Source: an uncultured Thermoleophilia bacterium (GTDB lineage: Bacteria; Actinomycetota; Thermoleophilia; UBA2241). From it: 64,000 nt of DNA. The DNA is taken from positions 6,565 to 70,564 of the forward strand of contig CAVPJG010000011.1 of the NCBI GenBank assembly GCA_963705205.1, in the 5' to 3' direction. The notes under the pieces were generated by a model. It was not told the DNA's origin. It saw only the letters and a list, made by a program, of their open reading frames with translations, and ran no database searches. Shown here piece by piece: positions 34,797-43,621 of this stretch; within the stretch, counting starts at the first letter, position 1; each line of letters starts with the position of its first letter. The position numbers and the translations under genes are program-made.

Positions 34797-34809
34797 GCCG
34801 GCGGGCGTG

Positions 34810-35844
34810 TCACCCCGCGGCGATGTCGCCGGCGGACTCGTAGCCCTCGGCCGACCCGAAGATCGCCCGCGCGAAGATGTCCGGCTCGAAGGGCCGCAGG
34901 TCCTCGAGCTGCTCGCCCACGCCGATGAGCTTGATCGGGATGCCGAGCGACTCGTGGATGGCGACGACGATGCCGCCCTTGGCGGTGCCGTCGAGCTTGG
35001 TGAGCACCACGCCGCTGATGTCCACGGCCTGCTTGAACTCCTGCGCCTGGCGCAGGCCGTTCTGGCCGGTGGTCGCGTCGAGCACCAGCAACGTCTCGTG
35101 CGGGGCGCCGGGCAGCTGCTTCTCGATGACCCGGCGCACCTTCTCGAGCTCGCGCATCAGGTTCACCTGCGTGTGCAGGCGCCCTGCCGTGTCGACGAGC
35201 ACGACGTCGGCGCCGCGCGAGCGCGCGGCGGCGACGCCGTCGAACACGACGGCCGCCGGGTCGGCGTCCGCGGCCTGTCTCACGATCTCGCAGCCGACGC
35301 GGTCGGCCCACTGGCTGAGCTGCTCCACCGCCGCGGCGCGGAACGTGTCGCCGGCGACCATGAGCGGCGTCTTCCCCATCTCCTTGAGGCGCCAGGCGAT
35401 CTTGCCGATGGTCGTGGTCTTGCCGGTGCCGTTGACGCCGACCATGAGGATCACCGTCGGCTGGTGCGAGACGTCGATGCGCTGCCGCTCCGGGTCGTCC
35501 GGCTGCAGCAGCTCGGCGACCACGTCGGCCAGCTCGTCCTGGAACGGCTCCCTGGTCTCGATCTTCTTCGCCGTGCAGCGCTGTTCGAGCTCGTCGACGA
35601 TCTTGATGGTGCCGTCGACGCCCACGTCGGCGGCGATCAGCATCTCCTCGGTCTGCTCGTACAGCCTGCGGTCGACGCCGACGTAGACGGCGCTCTTGAG
35701 CGCGTCCGTGACGGCGCCGTGCGCCTTGCCCAGGTTGCGGCGCAGGCGGCCGAAGAGCCCTCTGCGCTCCTGTGCCTCTTCTTCCAGGACCTCCGCCGGC
35801 ACCTCCGCCTCGACGACGCCCTTGAACACCTCGTGCCACTCCAC
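34810..35844 (-). CDS. ftsY: Signal recognition particle receptor FtsY
   Basis: ..VILMVGVNGTGKTTTIGKIA.., ..AGDTFRAAAVEQL..WA.R.., ..DTAGRLH....LM.EL.K...., ..LTKLDGTAKGG...... Confidence 0.95.
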   Translation of the reverse strand: MEWHEVFKGVVEAEVPAEVLEEEAQERRGLFGRLRRNLGKAHGAVTDALKSAVYVGVDRRLYEQTEEMLIAADVGVDGTIKIVDELEQRCTAKKIETREPFQDELADVVAELLQPDDPERQRIDVSHQPTVILMVGVNGTGKTTTIGKIAWRLKEMGKTPLMVAGDTFRAAAVEQLSQWADRVGCEIVRQAADADPAAVVFDGVAAARSRGADVVLVDTAGRLHTQVNLMRELEKVRRVIEKQLPGAPHETLLVLDATTGQNGLRQAQEFKQAVDISGVVLTKLDGTAKGGIVVAIHESLGIPIKLIGVGEQLEDLRPFEPDIFARAIFGSAEGYESAGDIAAG

Positions 35845-35890
35845 CCTGTCAGTCTCCCGTCAGCGGCCGCCCGGAGGCGGCCGGTCGCCT

Positions 35891-38800
35891 TCAGTCCGCC
35901 GGCGCGCCCGGCTGCTTCGCCCTGGCGCGCTCTTCGCGCTCTATCTCTTCTTCCGCCATGCGCGCACTCACCACCTGGGACGCCCCGTCCTGCCCCATGG
36001 TCACGCCGTACAGCACGTCCGCGGCCTCCATGGTGCGCTTCTGGTGGGTGATGATCACGAACTGCGTGCGCTCGCGGTAGTCGCGCAGCAGCTGCACCAG
36101 GCGGCCGATATTGACGTCGTCCAGCGCCGCTTCGATCTCGTCGAGCACGTAGAACGGGCATGGGCGCGCCAGCACGAGCGCCATGAGGAAGGCGATCGCG
36201 ACCAGGGCACGCTCGCCGCCGGAGAGCAGCTGCAGGCGCTTGCCCAGCTTCTTGGCGGGCTTCACCTCGACCGCGACCCCGCCCTGCGGATGGTCCTCGT
36301 CGGGCTCCACCAGCTTGAGCTGACCACGCCCGCCCGGGAAGAGCACCATCACCATGTGGCTGAACTGCTCCTGCACCGCCGCGAAGGTCGCCGCGAACTC
36401 AGCGTCGACCTGCGCCGTGAGCTCCTTGATGAGCGCGTCGAGGTCGTCCATGGACTTCTCGAGGTCGCGCCGCTGCTCGCGCAGGAACGCGGCGCGCTCA
36501 GAGAGCTCCGCGCACTCGGCCTCGGCGAGCGGATTGACCGGCCCGATGCGCTCGCGGCGGCGAGACAGGCGCTCGACGCGCTCCCGGAGCCCCGTCTCCT
36601 CGGCCGCGTCCGCCGGCGGCGCGAACCCCGCCTGGTCGATCTGTTCGCTCACCTCGTTGAGGCTCGCGGCCAGTTCGTGGCGGCGGTCCTCGAGCCGGGC
36701 GAGGGCGACCTGGACCTCCGTGCGGCGCTCGCCGGCGTTCTCCAGCCCGCGGCGCAGCTGCGCTTCGTCGTCGGCCAGCTTGCGGAGCTCCACGCGCTCC
36801 AGTCCGACGCCTTCCTCGTCGCCCACGTCGAGCTGGGCGATCAGGCGGGTGGAGTGCGCCCGGAGGGCGCCGGTGCGGGCCTCCACCGCCGCGCAGGCGG
36901 CGCGCACGTCCGGGATGCCGGCGAGGCGCCGCTCCAGCTCCTCCAGGCGTTCGTGATCGGCCGCGGCGCGGCGGCGGGCGGCCTCGCGCTGCTCGGCGGC
37001 GCGCGCCGCGGCGGCGCGGCGCTCCTCGAGCTCCACGCGACGCCGGGTCACGAGCGCGAGCGAGGCCGAGTGCGCGGCCTCGGACCGGTGCAGCGCCGCC
37101 TCGGCGTCGGCCGCGGCCGGGCGCAACTGCTCGGCCTGCAGCAGCGCGTTCGCCGCCGCGACGTCAGCGGCGTCCTTTCCGGAGGCCGCCTCGGCCAGCT
37201 CGGCGGCGATCCCCTCCACAGCGCGCCGGTCGCGCTGCAGGTGCTCCTCGAGGTCGCGGCGGCGGGAACGTACCTGTGCCAGCGCGCGCTCCGCCGTCTC
37301 CGCCGCGATGCGCGCCGCGCGGTCGGCTGCCGCCGCCGCGTCCGCAGCCTCGCGCGCCGTGGTCAGGCGGCTCGCGGCCAGCTGCAGGGCGGCCTCCTCG
37401 CGAGCCTCCCGCGCCGACACCGCGGCGAGCTTCTCGCCCAGCCGATCCAGCGAAGCGCGACGCTCGAGCAGAAGGGCGGCGGGCACCCCGCCGGCCAGCC
37501 CGATCTGACCGTCGGCCGGGCGGTAGTACTCACCCGCCCGGGTGACCGCCAGGCCGGTGAACTCGGCCGGCACCGCGCGCAGATCGTCGACGATCACGAC
37601 GTCGGCCAGAGCGCCCTCGAGACCCTCGTGGTCGCCGAAGCTCACCTTGTCGGCGAGCGGGGCCGCGCCGGGGAAGGCCGTGGACGGCCTCCTGCGCGCC
37701 GGCACCACGAGCCGGACGAGACCGACGCCGGCGCGCTTGAGCGCGTCGAGCAGCGACCACTGGTCGACTCCCACCGGCACAGCCAGCGCGCCGGAGAGCT
37801 GCGCGAGCGCCGCGGCCAGGGCACGCTCGTAGCCCGGCTCGCACGAGACACTGCCGGCGAGTGAGACCGTGCCCGGGAACTCGCCGGCCACCTCCATGAC
37901 CTCGCCGCCGACGTCCTCCATGTCGAGCAGCGCGGCGCGGAGGTGGTCCGCCTCGGCCTCCATCGCGCGCCGCTCCATCAGCGTCGCGCGGTGCGCGTCC
38001 TCTGCAGCCGTGACGTCGCGGGCCGCGTCGGCCACGGCGGCGGCGGCGGCCGACGCGGCCGCCTCGGCGGCGCGCAGCTCGTCGCGGGCCGCTGCCTCCG
38101 CCTCTGCGGCCTCGCGCTCTTCGCCGGCCTTGCCGGCGACTTCCGCGCTCATCGCCTCGTGCTGCGCCGAGAGGCGCTCCTGCTCGCCGCCGAGCGCCTC
38201 ACCGCGTCGCTCGAGTCGCGCCGCCGTGGACAGCGCGCTCTCTCGCTCTACGGCGAGCCTGTCGACCGCGACACGCAGCTCCGTCGTCGCCGCCCGCGCG
38301 GCCTCGAGCTCGGCCGCCGCGCCCGCGTGCTCGGCCTCGGCCGCCTCGAGTTCGGCGACCCGACGTCGCTCCTCCTGCGGCCACGCGTCGTCGTCGCGCT
38401 CCTCCGGGCGCCCGGCGAGCTCGGCGACCAGGCGCTCCCGCTCCGCCGTCGCTGCGCGCTCGACCTCGTCCAGCAGGTGCCGCCGCTGCTCGGCGAGGCG
38501 CCGCACGCTCTCGAGCCGCCCGTCGAGCACGCGCGCGCGCAGCAGCCGGCGAGCACCGCGCTCCCGCTCGGCCAGCTTGCGCGCGAAGGCCTCCTCCTCG
38601 CGCGCCCTGGCGGCGGCTACGCGGGCGAGGCCCTGCTCGTGCGTCGCCCGCTCCGCGTCGATGGCGGCGAGGTCGTCGCGCCGAGCCTGCAGATCGGCGT
38701 CGAGGGCGAGCAGGTCACCGGTGAGCAGACGCCCCCTGGTCTCGGCGATCTCGCCCTCCACGGTGCGCAGCTGCTCGGCCGCCGTCGCCTGACGGCGCAG

Positions 38801-39412
38801 CGGCGCCAGCTGCGAACCCACCTCACGTTCCAGGAGCAGGGCCCGTTCGAGATTGCGGCGCACCTCGCGGAGCTTGAGCTCCGCGCGCTCGCGGCGCCGC
38901 TTGTAGGCGCCCAGGCCGGCGGCCTCCTCGATCTGGCTGCGCCGGTCCTCCGGCTTGCCTGCCAGGAACGACTCCACCTTGCCCTGGCCGATGATGGAGT
39001 GCAGCTCCTTGCCGAGGCCCACCTGGGCGAGCAGCTCGACGACGTCGGTCAGCCGGCAGGTGGACTGATTGATGGAGTACTGCGACGAGCCGTCGCGCGC
39101 CACGCGGCGCATGACGCTCACCTCGGGCGTGGGCAGCGGCAGGGCGCCGTCGGCGTTGTCGAAGGTGAGCTCCACCTCGGCGGCGCCGCTCGCGCGGCGG
39201 CCGTCGCTGCCGGCGAAGATGACGTCCTGCATGGACGAGCCGCGCACCGTCGTGGGGCTCTGCTCGCCGAGCGCCCAGATGACGGCGTCGGCGAGGTTGC
39301 TCTTGCCGCTCCCGTTGGGGCCGATGATGACGCCGACGCCGGGCTCGAAGAGGAGCTCGGTCTGCTTGGGGAACGACTTGAATCCCTTGAGGCGGAGCGC
39401 CTTGAGATACAC
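35891..39412 (-). CDS. smc: Chromosome partition protein Smc
   Basis: GTG start at 39412: VYLKALRLKGFKSFP....L.F.PGV..IIGPNGSGKSNLADA..W.LGEQS. It has long coiled coils and a hinge, and ends with C-terminal ..LSGGERALVAIAF..A......PFYVLDEIEAALDD.N. The track ORF adds 188 spurious upstream codons overlapping rnc. Confidence 0.95.
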   Translation of the reverse strand: MYLKALRLKGFKSFPKQTELLFEPGVGVIIGPNGSGKSNLADAVIWALGEQSPTTVRGSSMQDVIFAGSDGRRASGAAEVELTFDNADGALPLPTPEVSVMRRVARDGSSQYSINQSTCRLTDVVELLAQVGLGKELHSIIGQGKVESFLAGKPEDRRSQIEEAAGLGAYKRRRERAELKLREVRRNLERALLLEREVGSQLAPLRRQATAAEQLRTVEGEIAETRGRLLTGDLLALDADLQARRDDLAAIDAERATHEQGLARVAAARAREEEAFARKLAERERGARRLLRARVLDGRLESVRRLAEQRRHLLDEVERAATAERERLVAELAGRPEERDDDAWPQEERRRVAELEAAEAEHAGAAAELEAARAATTELRVAVDRLAVERESALSTAARLERRGEALGGEQERLSAQHEAMSAEVAGKAGEEREAAEAEAAARDELRAAEAAASAAAAAVADAARDVTAAEDAHRATLMERRAMEAEADHLRAALLDMEDVGGEVMEVAGEFPGTVSLAGSVSCEPGYERALAAALAQLSGALAVPVGVDQWSLLDALKRAGVGLVRLVVPARRRPSTAFPGAAPLADKVSFGDHEGLEGALADVVIVDDLRAVPAEFTGLAVTRAGEYYRPADGQIGLAGGVPAALLLERRASLDRLGEKLAAVSAREAREEAALQLAASRLTTAREAADAAAAADRAARIAAETAERALAQVRSRRRDLEEHLQRDRRAVEGIAAELAEAASGKDAADVAAANALLQAEQLRPAAADAEAALHRSEAAHSASLALVTRRRVELEERRAAAARAAEQREAARRRAAADHERLEELERRLAGIPDVRAACAAVEARTGALRAHSTRLIAQLDVGDEEGVGLERVELRKLADDEAQLRRGLENAGERRTEVQVALARLEDRRHELAASLNEVSEQIDQAGFAPPADAAEETGLRERVERLSRRRERIGPVNPLAEAECAELSERAAFLREQRRDLEKSMDDLDALIKELTAQVDAEFAATFAAVQEQFSHMVMVLFPGGRGQLKLVEPDEDHPQGGVAVEVKPAKKLGKRLQLLSGGERALVAIAFLMALVLARPCPFYVLDEIEAALDDVNIGRLVQLLRDYRERTQFVIITHQKRTMEAADVLYGVTMGQDGASQVVSARMAEEEIEREERARAKQPGAPAD

Positions 39413-39413
39413 G

Positions 39414-40256
39414 TCAGCCGACCTCGGTGGCCCCGGCGGAGCCCGCCGGCGAGGCGTCGGCCTGGTCCGGCGCGGCGTCCCCGACCTGACCGGCCTCGGG
39501 GACCTCGCCGGGGCCGGTCTCCGACGCCTGCGGGCGCCGCGAGCGGCTCCCACGGAGGCGCGCCTTGCGCGCGGTCTTGCGGGCGTGCGTCTGCAGCTCG
39601 TGCAGCGCCTCGGCGGCGGCCTCCTGCTCGGCGCGCTTCTTGCTCGTCCCGAACCCGCGCCCCAGGGAGTCGCCGTCGACGACCGCCTCGATCTCGAACT
39701 CCCTGTTGTGCGGGGGCCCGCTGAAGCCGAGCACCTTGTAGGCGACCGACTGCCCGCCGCGCGCGAGGAACTCCTGGAGCTCCGTCTTGTGATCGATGTA
39801 GCTGCTCTCCGCGTAGACGATGTGCTCCTCGAACACCTCGATGACCGCCGGCCGGACGGCCTCGTAGCCGAAGGTGAGGTAGACGGCGCCGATGAGCGAC
39901 TCGGTGAGGTCGGCGAGCACGTTCTGGTTGGTCTGCAGCTGGGCGGCGTCGCCGCCCTCCCCTCCCTGGCCGGCATACTGGCGGAGCAGCTTGCCGAGGC
40001 CGAGCTTGGCGGCCACGCGCGCGCAGGTGGCGCGGCTGACGATGTAGGCCCGTAGCCGCGCCAGGTGCCCTTCGGCGAAGTCCGGGAAGCGCCGGTACAG
40101 CTCGGTGGTGATGCAGAGGCTCAGCACGCTGTCGCCGAGGAACTCGAGCCGCTCGTACGAGTGCACCCGGTCCGGCGCCCACGAAGTGTGCGTGAACACC
40201 TGGCGCATGGTCGCCTGGTCCAACTGCTGCGCGAGCGTGAGTAGTCGTTGCGTCAA
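39414..40256 (-). CDS. rnc: Ribonuclease III with a roughly 50-aa basic/acidic C-terminal extension
   Basis: ..FTHTSW........YERLEFLGDSVL.L..T..L...FP...EG.L...R...VS......A.., ..L.DL.ES.IGA.YL., plus a dsRBD (..DHKTELQE........Y......GP.H...F...........G.G.SKK.AEQ.AA..AL). The preferred start is TTG 40256 (GGAG 9 nt upstream). ATG 40307 would lie inside a long hairpin. Confidence 0.9.
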   Translation of the reverse strand: MTQRLLTLAQQLDQATMRQVFTHTSWAPDRVHSYERLEFLGDSVLSLCITTELYRRFPDFAEGHLARLRAYIVSRATCARVAAKLGLGKLLRQYAGQGGEGGDAAQLQTNQNVLADLTESLIGAVYLTFGYEAVRPAVIEVFEEHIVYAESSYIDHKTELQEFLARGGQSVAYKVLGFSGPPHNREFEIEAVVDGDSLGRGFGTSKKRAEQEAAAEALHELQTHARKTARKARLRGSRSRRPQASETGPGEVPEAGQVGDAAPDQADASPAGSAGATEVG

Positions 40257-40273
40257 GGTAGGTGCTCCAACGA

Positions 40274-40317
40274 CGACGAGGGGACGCCTCCTGCCTGCAG
40301 GAGACACCCCCTCGTCG
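40274..40317 (-). promoter_or_regulatory. Long imperfect inverted repeat in the acpP-rnc spacer (candidate RNase III processing or autoregulatory stem, or acpP terminator)
   Basis: A 10-bp outer stem (CGACGAGGGG/CCCCTCGTCG) plus an inner stem of up to 7 bp (CTCCTGC/GCAGGAG), separated by a 4x4 internal loop. It ends about 17 nt before the rnc TTG. Confidence 0.45.
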
Positions 40318-40341
40318 GTCCCCCTCGGGGGATCGGCGCGG

Positions 40342-40587
40342 CTAGGCGTCCACCCGCGTCATGACGAAGTCGACCGCGTCGCCCACCGTCTTGATGTCGG
40401 CGGCCTCTTCGTCGGTGATCTTGATACCGAACTTCTCTTCCATGGTCATGACGAGCTCGACCAGGTCGAGGGAATCGGTCTCGAGGTCTTCCTGGAAACG
40501 GGCATCCATGGTGACCTTGTCTTCGTCGACGCTCAGGGTCTCGACGAGGATCCCCTTCACGTGCTCGAACACCTCTTCACGGGTCAT
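40342..40587 (-). CDS. acpP: Acyl carrier protein
   Basis: MTREEVFEHVKGILVETLSVDEDKVTMDARFQEDLETDSLDLVELVMTMEEKFGIKI.DEEA (DSL phosphopantetheine site). GGAGG SD. Confidence 0.96.
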   Translation of the reverse strand: MTREEVFEHVKGILVETLSVDEDKVTMDARFQEDLETDSLDLVELVMTMEEKFGIKITDEEAADIKTVGDAVDFVMTRVDA

Positions 40588-40618
40588 GCAGTGAACCTCC
40601 GGGCGAGTTTGGGAGAGT

Positions 40619-41695
40619 CTACACCGCGGCGGTCTGCGTCCCAAGCTCCCGCGCGATGGTCGGAAGGAGGTCGCTGACCCTGCCTCGGCGCCCCATCCGG
40701 ACCGCCTGAGCGATGCCGCGGGCCTTGGAGTTGCCGTGCGCGATCACGACCGGCGCGTTCATGCCGACGAGGAGCGCGCCGCCGAACTCCTCGGGGTTCA
40801 AGGCGTCCCTGAGGATCTGCAGGTCCTTCTGCAGCAGCAGGCCGCCCATCTTGGTCCGGGCGTTGTCCATGATGACGGCCTTGAGGGCACCCATGATGGC
40901 CTTGGCCGACCCTTCGATGGTCTTGAGACCCACATTGCCGGTGAAACCGTCTGTGACGATCACGTCGACGAGCCGGTTCATGATGTCCCTGCCCTCGATG
41001 TTGCCGTAGAAGTGCGAGATGCGCTGGTCGCCGGCGATGAGCTGGTGCGCCTCGATCACGTCGGGCGTGCCCTTGGTCGGCTCCTCGCCGATGCTCAGCA
41101 GGCCGATGGTCGGCTCGGGGATGCCCATGACCTCGCGCGCGAACGCCTGGCCCATGATCGCGAACTGGCGAAGGAACTCGGCGCGGACCTCGGCGTTGGC
41201 GCCGACGTCGAGAAAGGCTACCGGCGCGGGCATGGCCGGCATGATGGTGCAGATGGCCGGCCGCTTCACGCCGGGGATGCGGCGCACGTACAGCACGCTC
41301 GCCGCGACCACCGCGCCGGTGTTGCCGGCGCTCACGAAGGCGTCGGCCTCGCCGTTGTGGACCATCTTGAGGCCGACGACGATGCTGGAGCCGGTCCTGG
41401 CGCGTGCCGCGGTCGCCGGCTCCTCGTGATAGCCGATCACGTCGGGGGCGTGCACGACGCTGACGTGCTGCGCGCCTTCGGGCAGCAGCGCGCGCACGCG
41501 CGGCTCGTCGCCGACGAGGATGACGTTCAGCTGGGGGCCGCAGGCGTCGAGCGCGCCCTTGACGATCTCGCCCGGCGCGTGGTCCCCGCCGGCGGCGTCG
41601 ACGACCACGCGAACGACGCGGTCGTCGGTCACGGCGCTCCACGCGTCGGTCACCCAGTGCGGCGACGTGTATGGACGGTCCCTGGAGCCCCTCAT
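40619..41695 (-). CDS. plsX: Phosphate acyltransferase PlsX
   Basis: ..[20 protein letters not shown].., ..DAFVSAGNTGA.., ..FLDVGAN......L.QFA.MG..., ..SIGEE..KG......, ..VTDGFTGNV.LK..EG. The ATG overlaps the stop of the upstream gene (ATGA). Confidence 0.93.
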   Translation of the reverse strand: MRGSRDRPYTSPHWVTDAWSAVTDDRVVRVVVDAAGGDHAPGEIVKGALDACGPQLNVILVGDEPRVRALLPEGAQHVSVVHAPDVIGYHEEPATAARARTGSSIVVGLKMVHNGEADAFVSAGNTGAVVAASVLYVRRIPGVKRPAICTIMPAMPAPVAFLDVGANAEVRAEFLRQFAIMGQAFAREVMGIPEPTIGLLSIGEEPTKGTPDVIEAHQLIAGDQRISHFYGNIEGRDIMNRLVDVIVTDGFTGNVGLKTIEGSAKAIMGALKAVIMDNARTKMGGLLLQKDLQILRDALNPEEFGGALLVGMNAPVVIAHGNSKARGIAQAVRMGRRGRVSDLLPTIARELGTQTAAV

Positions 41696-42756
41696 GCCTG
41701 CAGGTCGCGGACCAGCCGGTCGACGTCGACCGACTCGTCGATGAGGCGAGCGATGAGCTCGATCTTGGAGCGTTCCCGGACGCGCAGGCGGCCGAACAGG
41801 CGGCGCATGCCGTCCGCTGCGGAGACCGTGTCGGTCTCGACCGACACCAGCGGCACGCCGCGCTCCTCGGCCCGCTCGATCACCGCGGGGCTGGGCACGT
41901 AGTTGCCGGTCAGCACCACGGCGACGGTGGGGGTGTCCAGGGCGGCGAGCACGATCTCGGCGCGGTCGCCGCCGACGATGACCACCTTGTTCGGCGTGAG
42001 CTGGAAGTAGCGGAGCGCATGCTCAGAGCTCATGGCGCCGATCATGTAGGTCTCGACGAGGCGCTGGCCGTAGCGTTCGCCGCACACGTACGTGCCGTCC
42101 AGCGCCTCCACGATCTCGGACACGGACACGGCGGAGAGCATGGCGCTGGAGACCAGAGCCCCGTAGCTCTCGACGTCGTTCTTGGCGAGGAAGCGCGTGT
42201 ACTCGTCGCGCACCAGCGCGAGGCGGGACTCGGGGACCATGTTGAAGAGCACGCCCAGGAGGTGCTGCTTGAGGGCGTCCTTGACGTAGATGATGTCGTC
42301 CAGCAGGCGCGCGCCGGCGAACTTGGCCACGAGCAGGGTGCCGAGGTCGAGCTCGGCCACGACCTCGGAGCCGCTGGTGCGCAGGAAACGCCCCTGCCAG
42401 ATCTCGCCGAGGCCCTCACAGACCACGATGTCCCTGCCGGCACGGATGCGCTCGTACGCGGCCTTGACGCGGCTCATGGCGTCGACCTCGGTGCCGCTCA
42501 GCACGTCGTGCAGGGCGTCCTCGTCGAGGACGACGGGGCAGATGTCGGTGAGATCGTCCTCGAGCTCGAGCACCTCGGCGACGAACTCGGCGTCCTCGTC
42601 GAGCAGGACGCCGCCGGCGTGCGCCGCCAGCGTGCCCACCGGCTTGAAGTACCCGGCGTCGAGGCCGCGCTCCCGGAGGGCCATGCAGAGGCCGACGGCG
42701 ATGGTGGTCTTGCCGCCGCTGCCTTGCGTGGAGGCGATGTAGAGCGATCTCGTCAT
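41692..42756 (-). CDS. Stand-alone BioD-like P-loop + DRTGG domain protein (homolog of the N-terminal regulatory half of class II phosphotransacetylase)
   Basis: MTRSLYIASTQGSGGKTTIAVGL..AL..RG...GYFKP.G.., later ..KVVIVGGDRAEIVLAAL.....AVVLTGN..P...V...A...GVPLVSV..DT. No PTA_PTB catalytic domain is present. Confidence 0.75.
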   Translation of the reverse strand: MTRSLYIASTQGSGGKTTIAVGLCMALRERGLDAGYFKPVGTLAAHAGGVLLDEDAEFVAEVLELEDDLTDICPVVLDEDALHDVLSGTEVDAMSRVKAAYERIRAGRDIVVCEGLGEIWQGRFLRTSGSEVVAELDLGTLLVAKFAGARLLDDIIYVKDALKQHLLGVLFNMVPESRLALVRDEYTRFLAKNDVESYGALVSSAMLSAVSVSEIVEALDGTYVCGERYGQRLVETYMIGAMSSEHALRYFQLTPNKVVIVGGDRAEIVLAALDTPTVAVVLTGNYVPSPAVIERAEERGVPLVSVETDTVSAADGMRRLFGRLRVRERSKIELIARLIDESVDVDRLVRDLQA

Positions 42757-42774
42757 CGCTCAGCGGAGCCGCGC

Positions 42775-42879
42775 TCAGTCCGTCCGCCGCGGGGCCCTTC
42801 GGGCCGACGGCCGCTCAACGAGCATTACTGTCGAGTGCACCTGCGGCGCACCCGACGTTGATCCGCCTACGGCGATCAA
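42775..42879 (-). repeat. Composite intercistronic repeat (type 2 unit fused in frame to a degenerate type 1 unit), readable as a 34-codon mini-ORF starting on the rpmF stop
   Basis: TTG overlaps the rpmF TGA (TTGA). The ORF reads (M)[36 protein letters not shown]. The first half matches the 32.2-kb spacer. The second half (TAATGCTCG..TTGAGCG...GGACGGACTGA) resembles the units at 29.2 and 44.6 kb. Confidence 0.6.
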
Positions 42880-43058
42880 TCAGTTTCGAGGACGACGACC
42901 TCGCGGCCCTTGTAGGTGCCGCACTTGGGGCAGGCGCGATGCGGGAGCTTGGGGCTCTTGCACTGCGGGCAGACGCTCGCGGTCTCCACACTGAGCTTCT
43001 GCTGCGACCGACGCTGGTCGCGACGCCGCTGGGAGGTCTTCTTCTTGGGTACGGGCAT
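42876..43058 (-). CDS. rpmF: 50S ribosomal protein L32
   Basis: [21 protein letters not shown]........CP.C......HR.CP.CG.YKGREV. GAGGAG SD. The track ORF has a spurious 42-codon extension. Confidence 0.95.
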   Translation of the reverse strand: MPVPKKKTSQRRRDQRRSQQKLSVETASVCPQCKSPKLPHRACPKCGTYKGREVVVLETD

Positions 43059-43111
43059 GACTTCTTCTCCTCGGGTGAACCAGACAAGGGACTGTACCAT
43101 ACGGCCGCGGG

Positions 43112-43585
43112 TCACGCTTCCTCGTGCGCATGCCCCGGATCCGCGTTCAGGTCGGCCCCGCAGACGGGGCACAGCCCACGGCAATCCTCGTCGCAGAGGA
43201 ACTTGACCGGCAGTTCCTCAGCGATCAGGTCGCGCACCCAGCGCTCGAGGTCGATCTGGTGGGCGACGACGTAGGCCTCCTCGTCCTCGTCCTCACCGGT
43301 GGCGCCGGACTCCCCGTGCCGCACGTACTCGATCCCGTGCGCGTCCACCGTCAGGTCGGCGTCCGCAAGGCAACGCTGGCACGGACCCAGGACGTGGGTG
43401 CGGAGCTCAAGCGTGAGGGTGAGGTTGTCGCCGACCCGCGCCGCCGTGAGCTTCGCCTCCACGACGTCGTCGGGCACCCGGTACTCGAGGCCGCCGTAGT
43501 TGAACGGCGCGACCTCGACCGGCAGCGTGCGCCAGACCTCGCTGGCGTCGTGGAACCGCAGTGCATGCAGGTCGAATCTGCGCAT
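43112..43585 (-). CDS. YceD/DUF177 family protein (23S rRNA accumulation / L32-associated)
   Basis: 157 aa with the C-terminal ..L.C.EDC.GLCP.CG..LN motif. Sits in the conserved position upstream of rpmF. Confidence 0.88.
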   Translation of the reverse strand: MRRFDLHALRFHDASEVWRTLPVEVAPFNYGGLEYRVPDDVVEAKLTAARVGDNLTLTLELRTHVLGPCQRCLADADLTVDAHGIEYVRHGESGATGEDEDEEAYVVAHQIDLERWVRDLIAEELPVKFLCDEDCRGLCPVCGADLNADPGHAHEEA

Positions 43586-43621
43586 GATCTCAGGCCCCGC
43601 TTCGCGGGCGCCGCCGGCGGC

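Noticed and set aside
35891-39976. 1361-aa version of Smc
   Set aside because: The N-terminal 188 codons overlap rnc out of frame. The conserved Smc N-terminus begins at GTG 39412 (VYLKALRLKGFKSFP).
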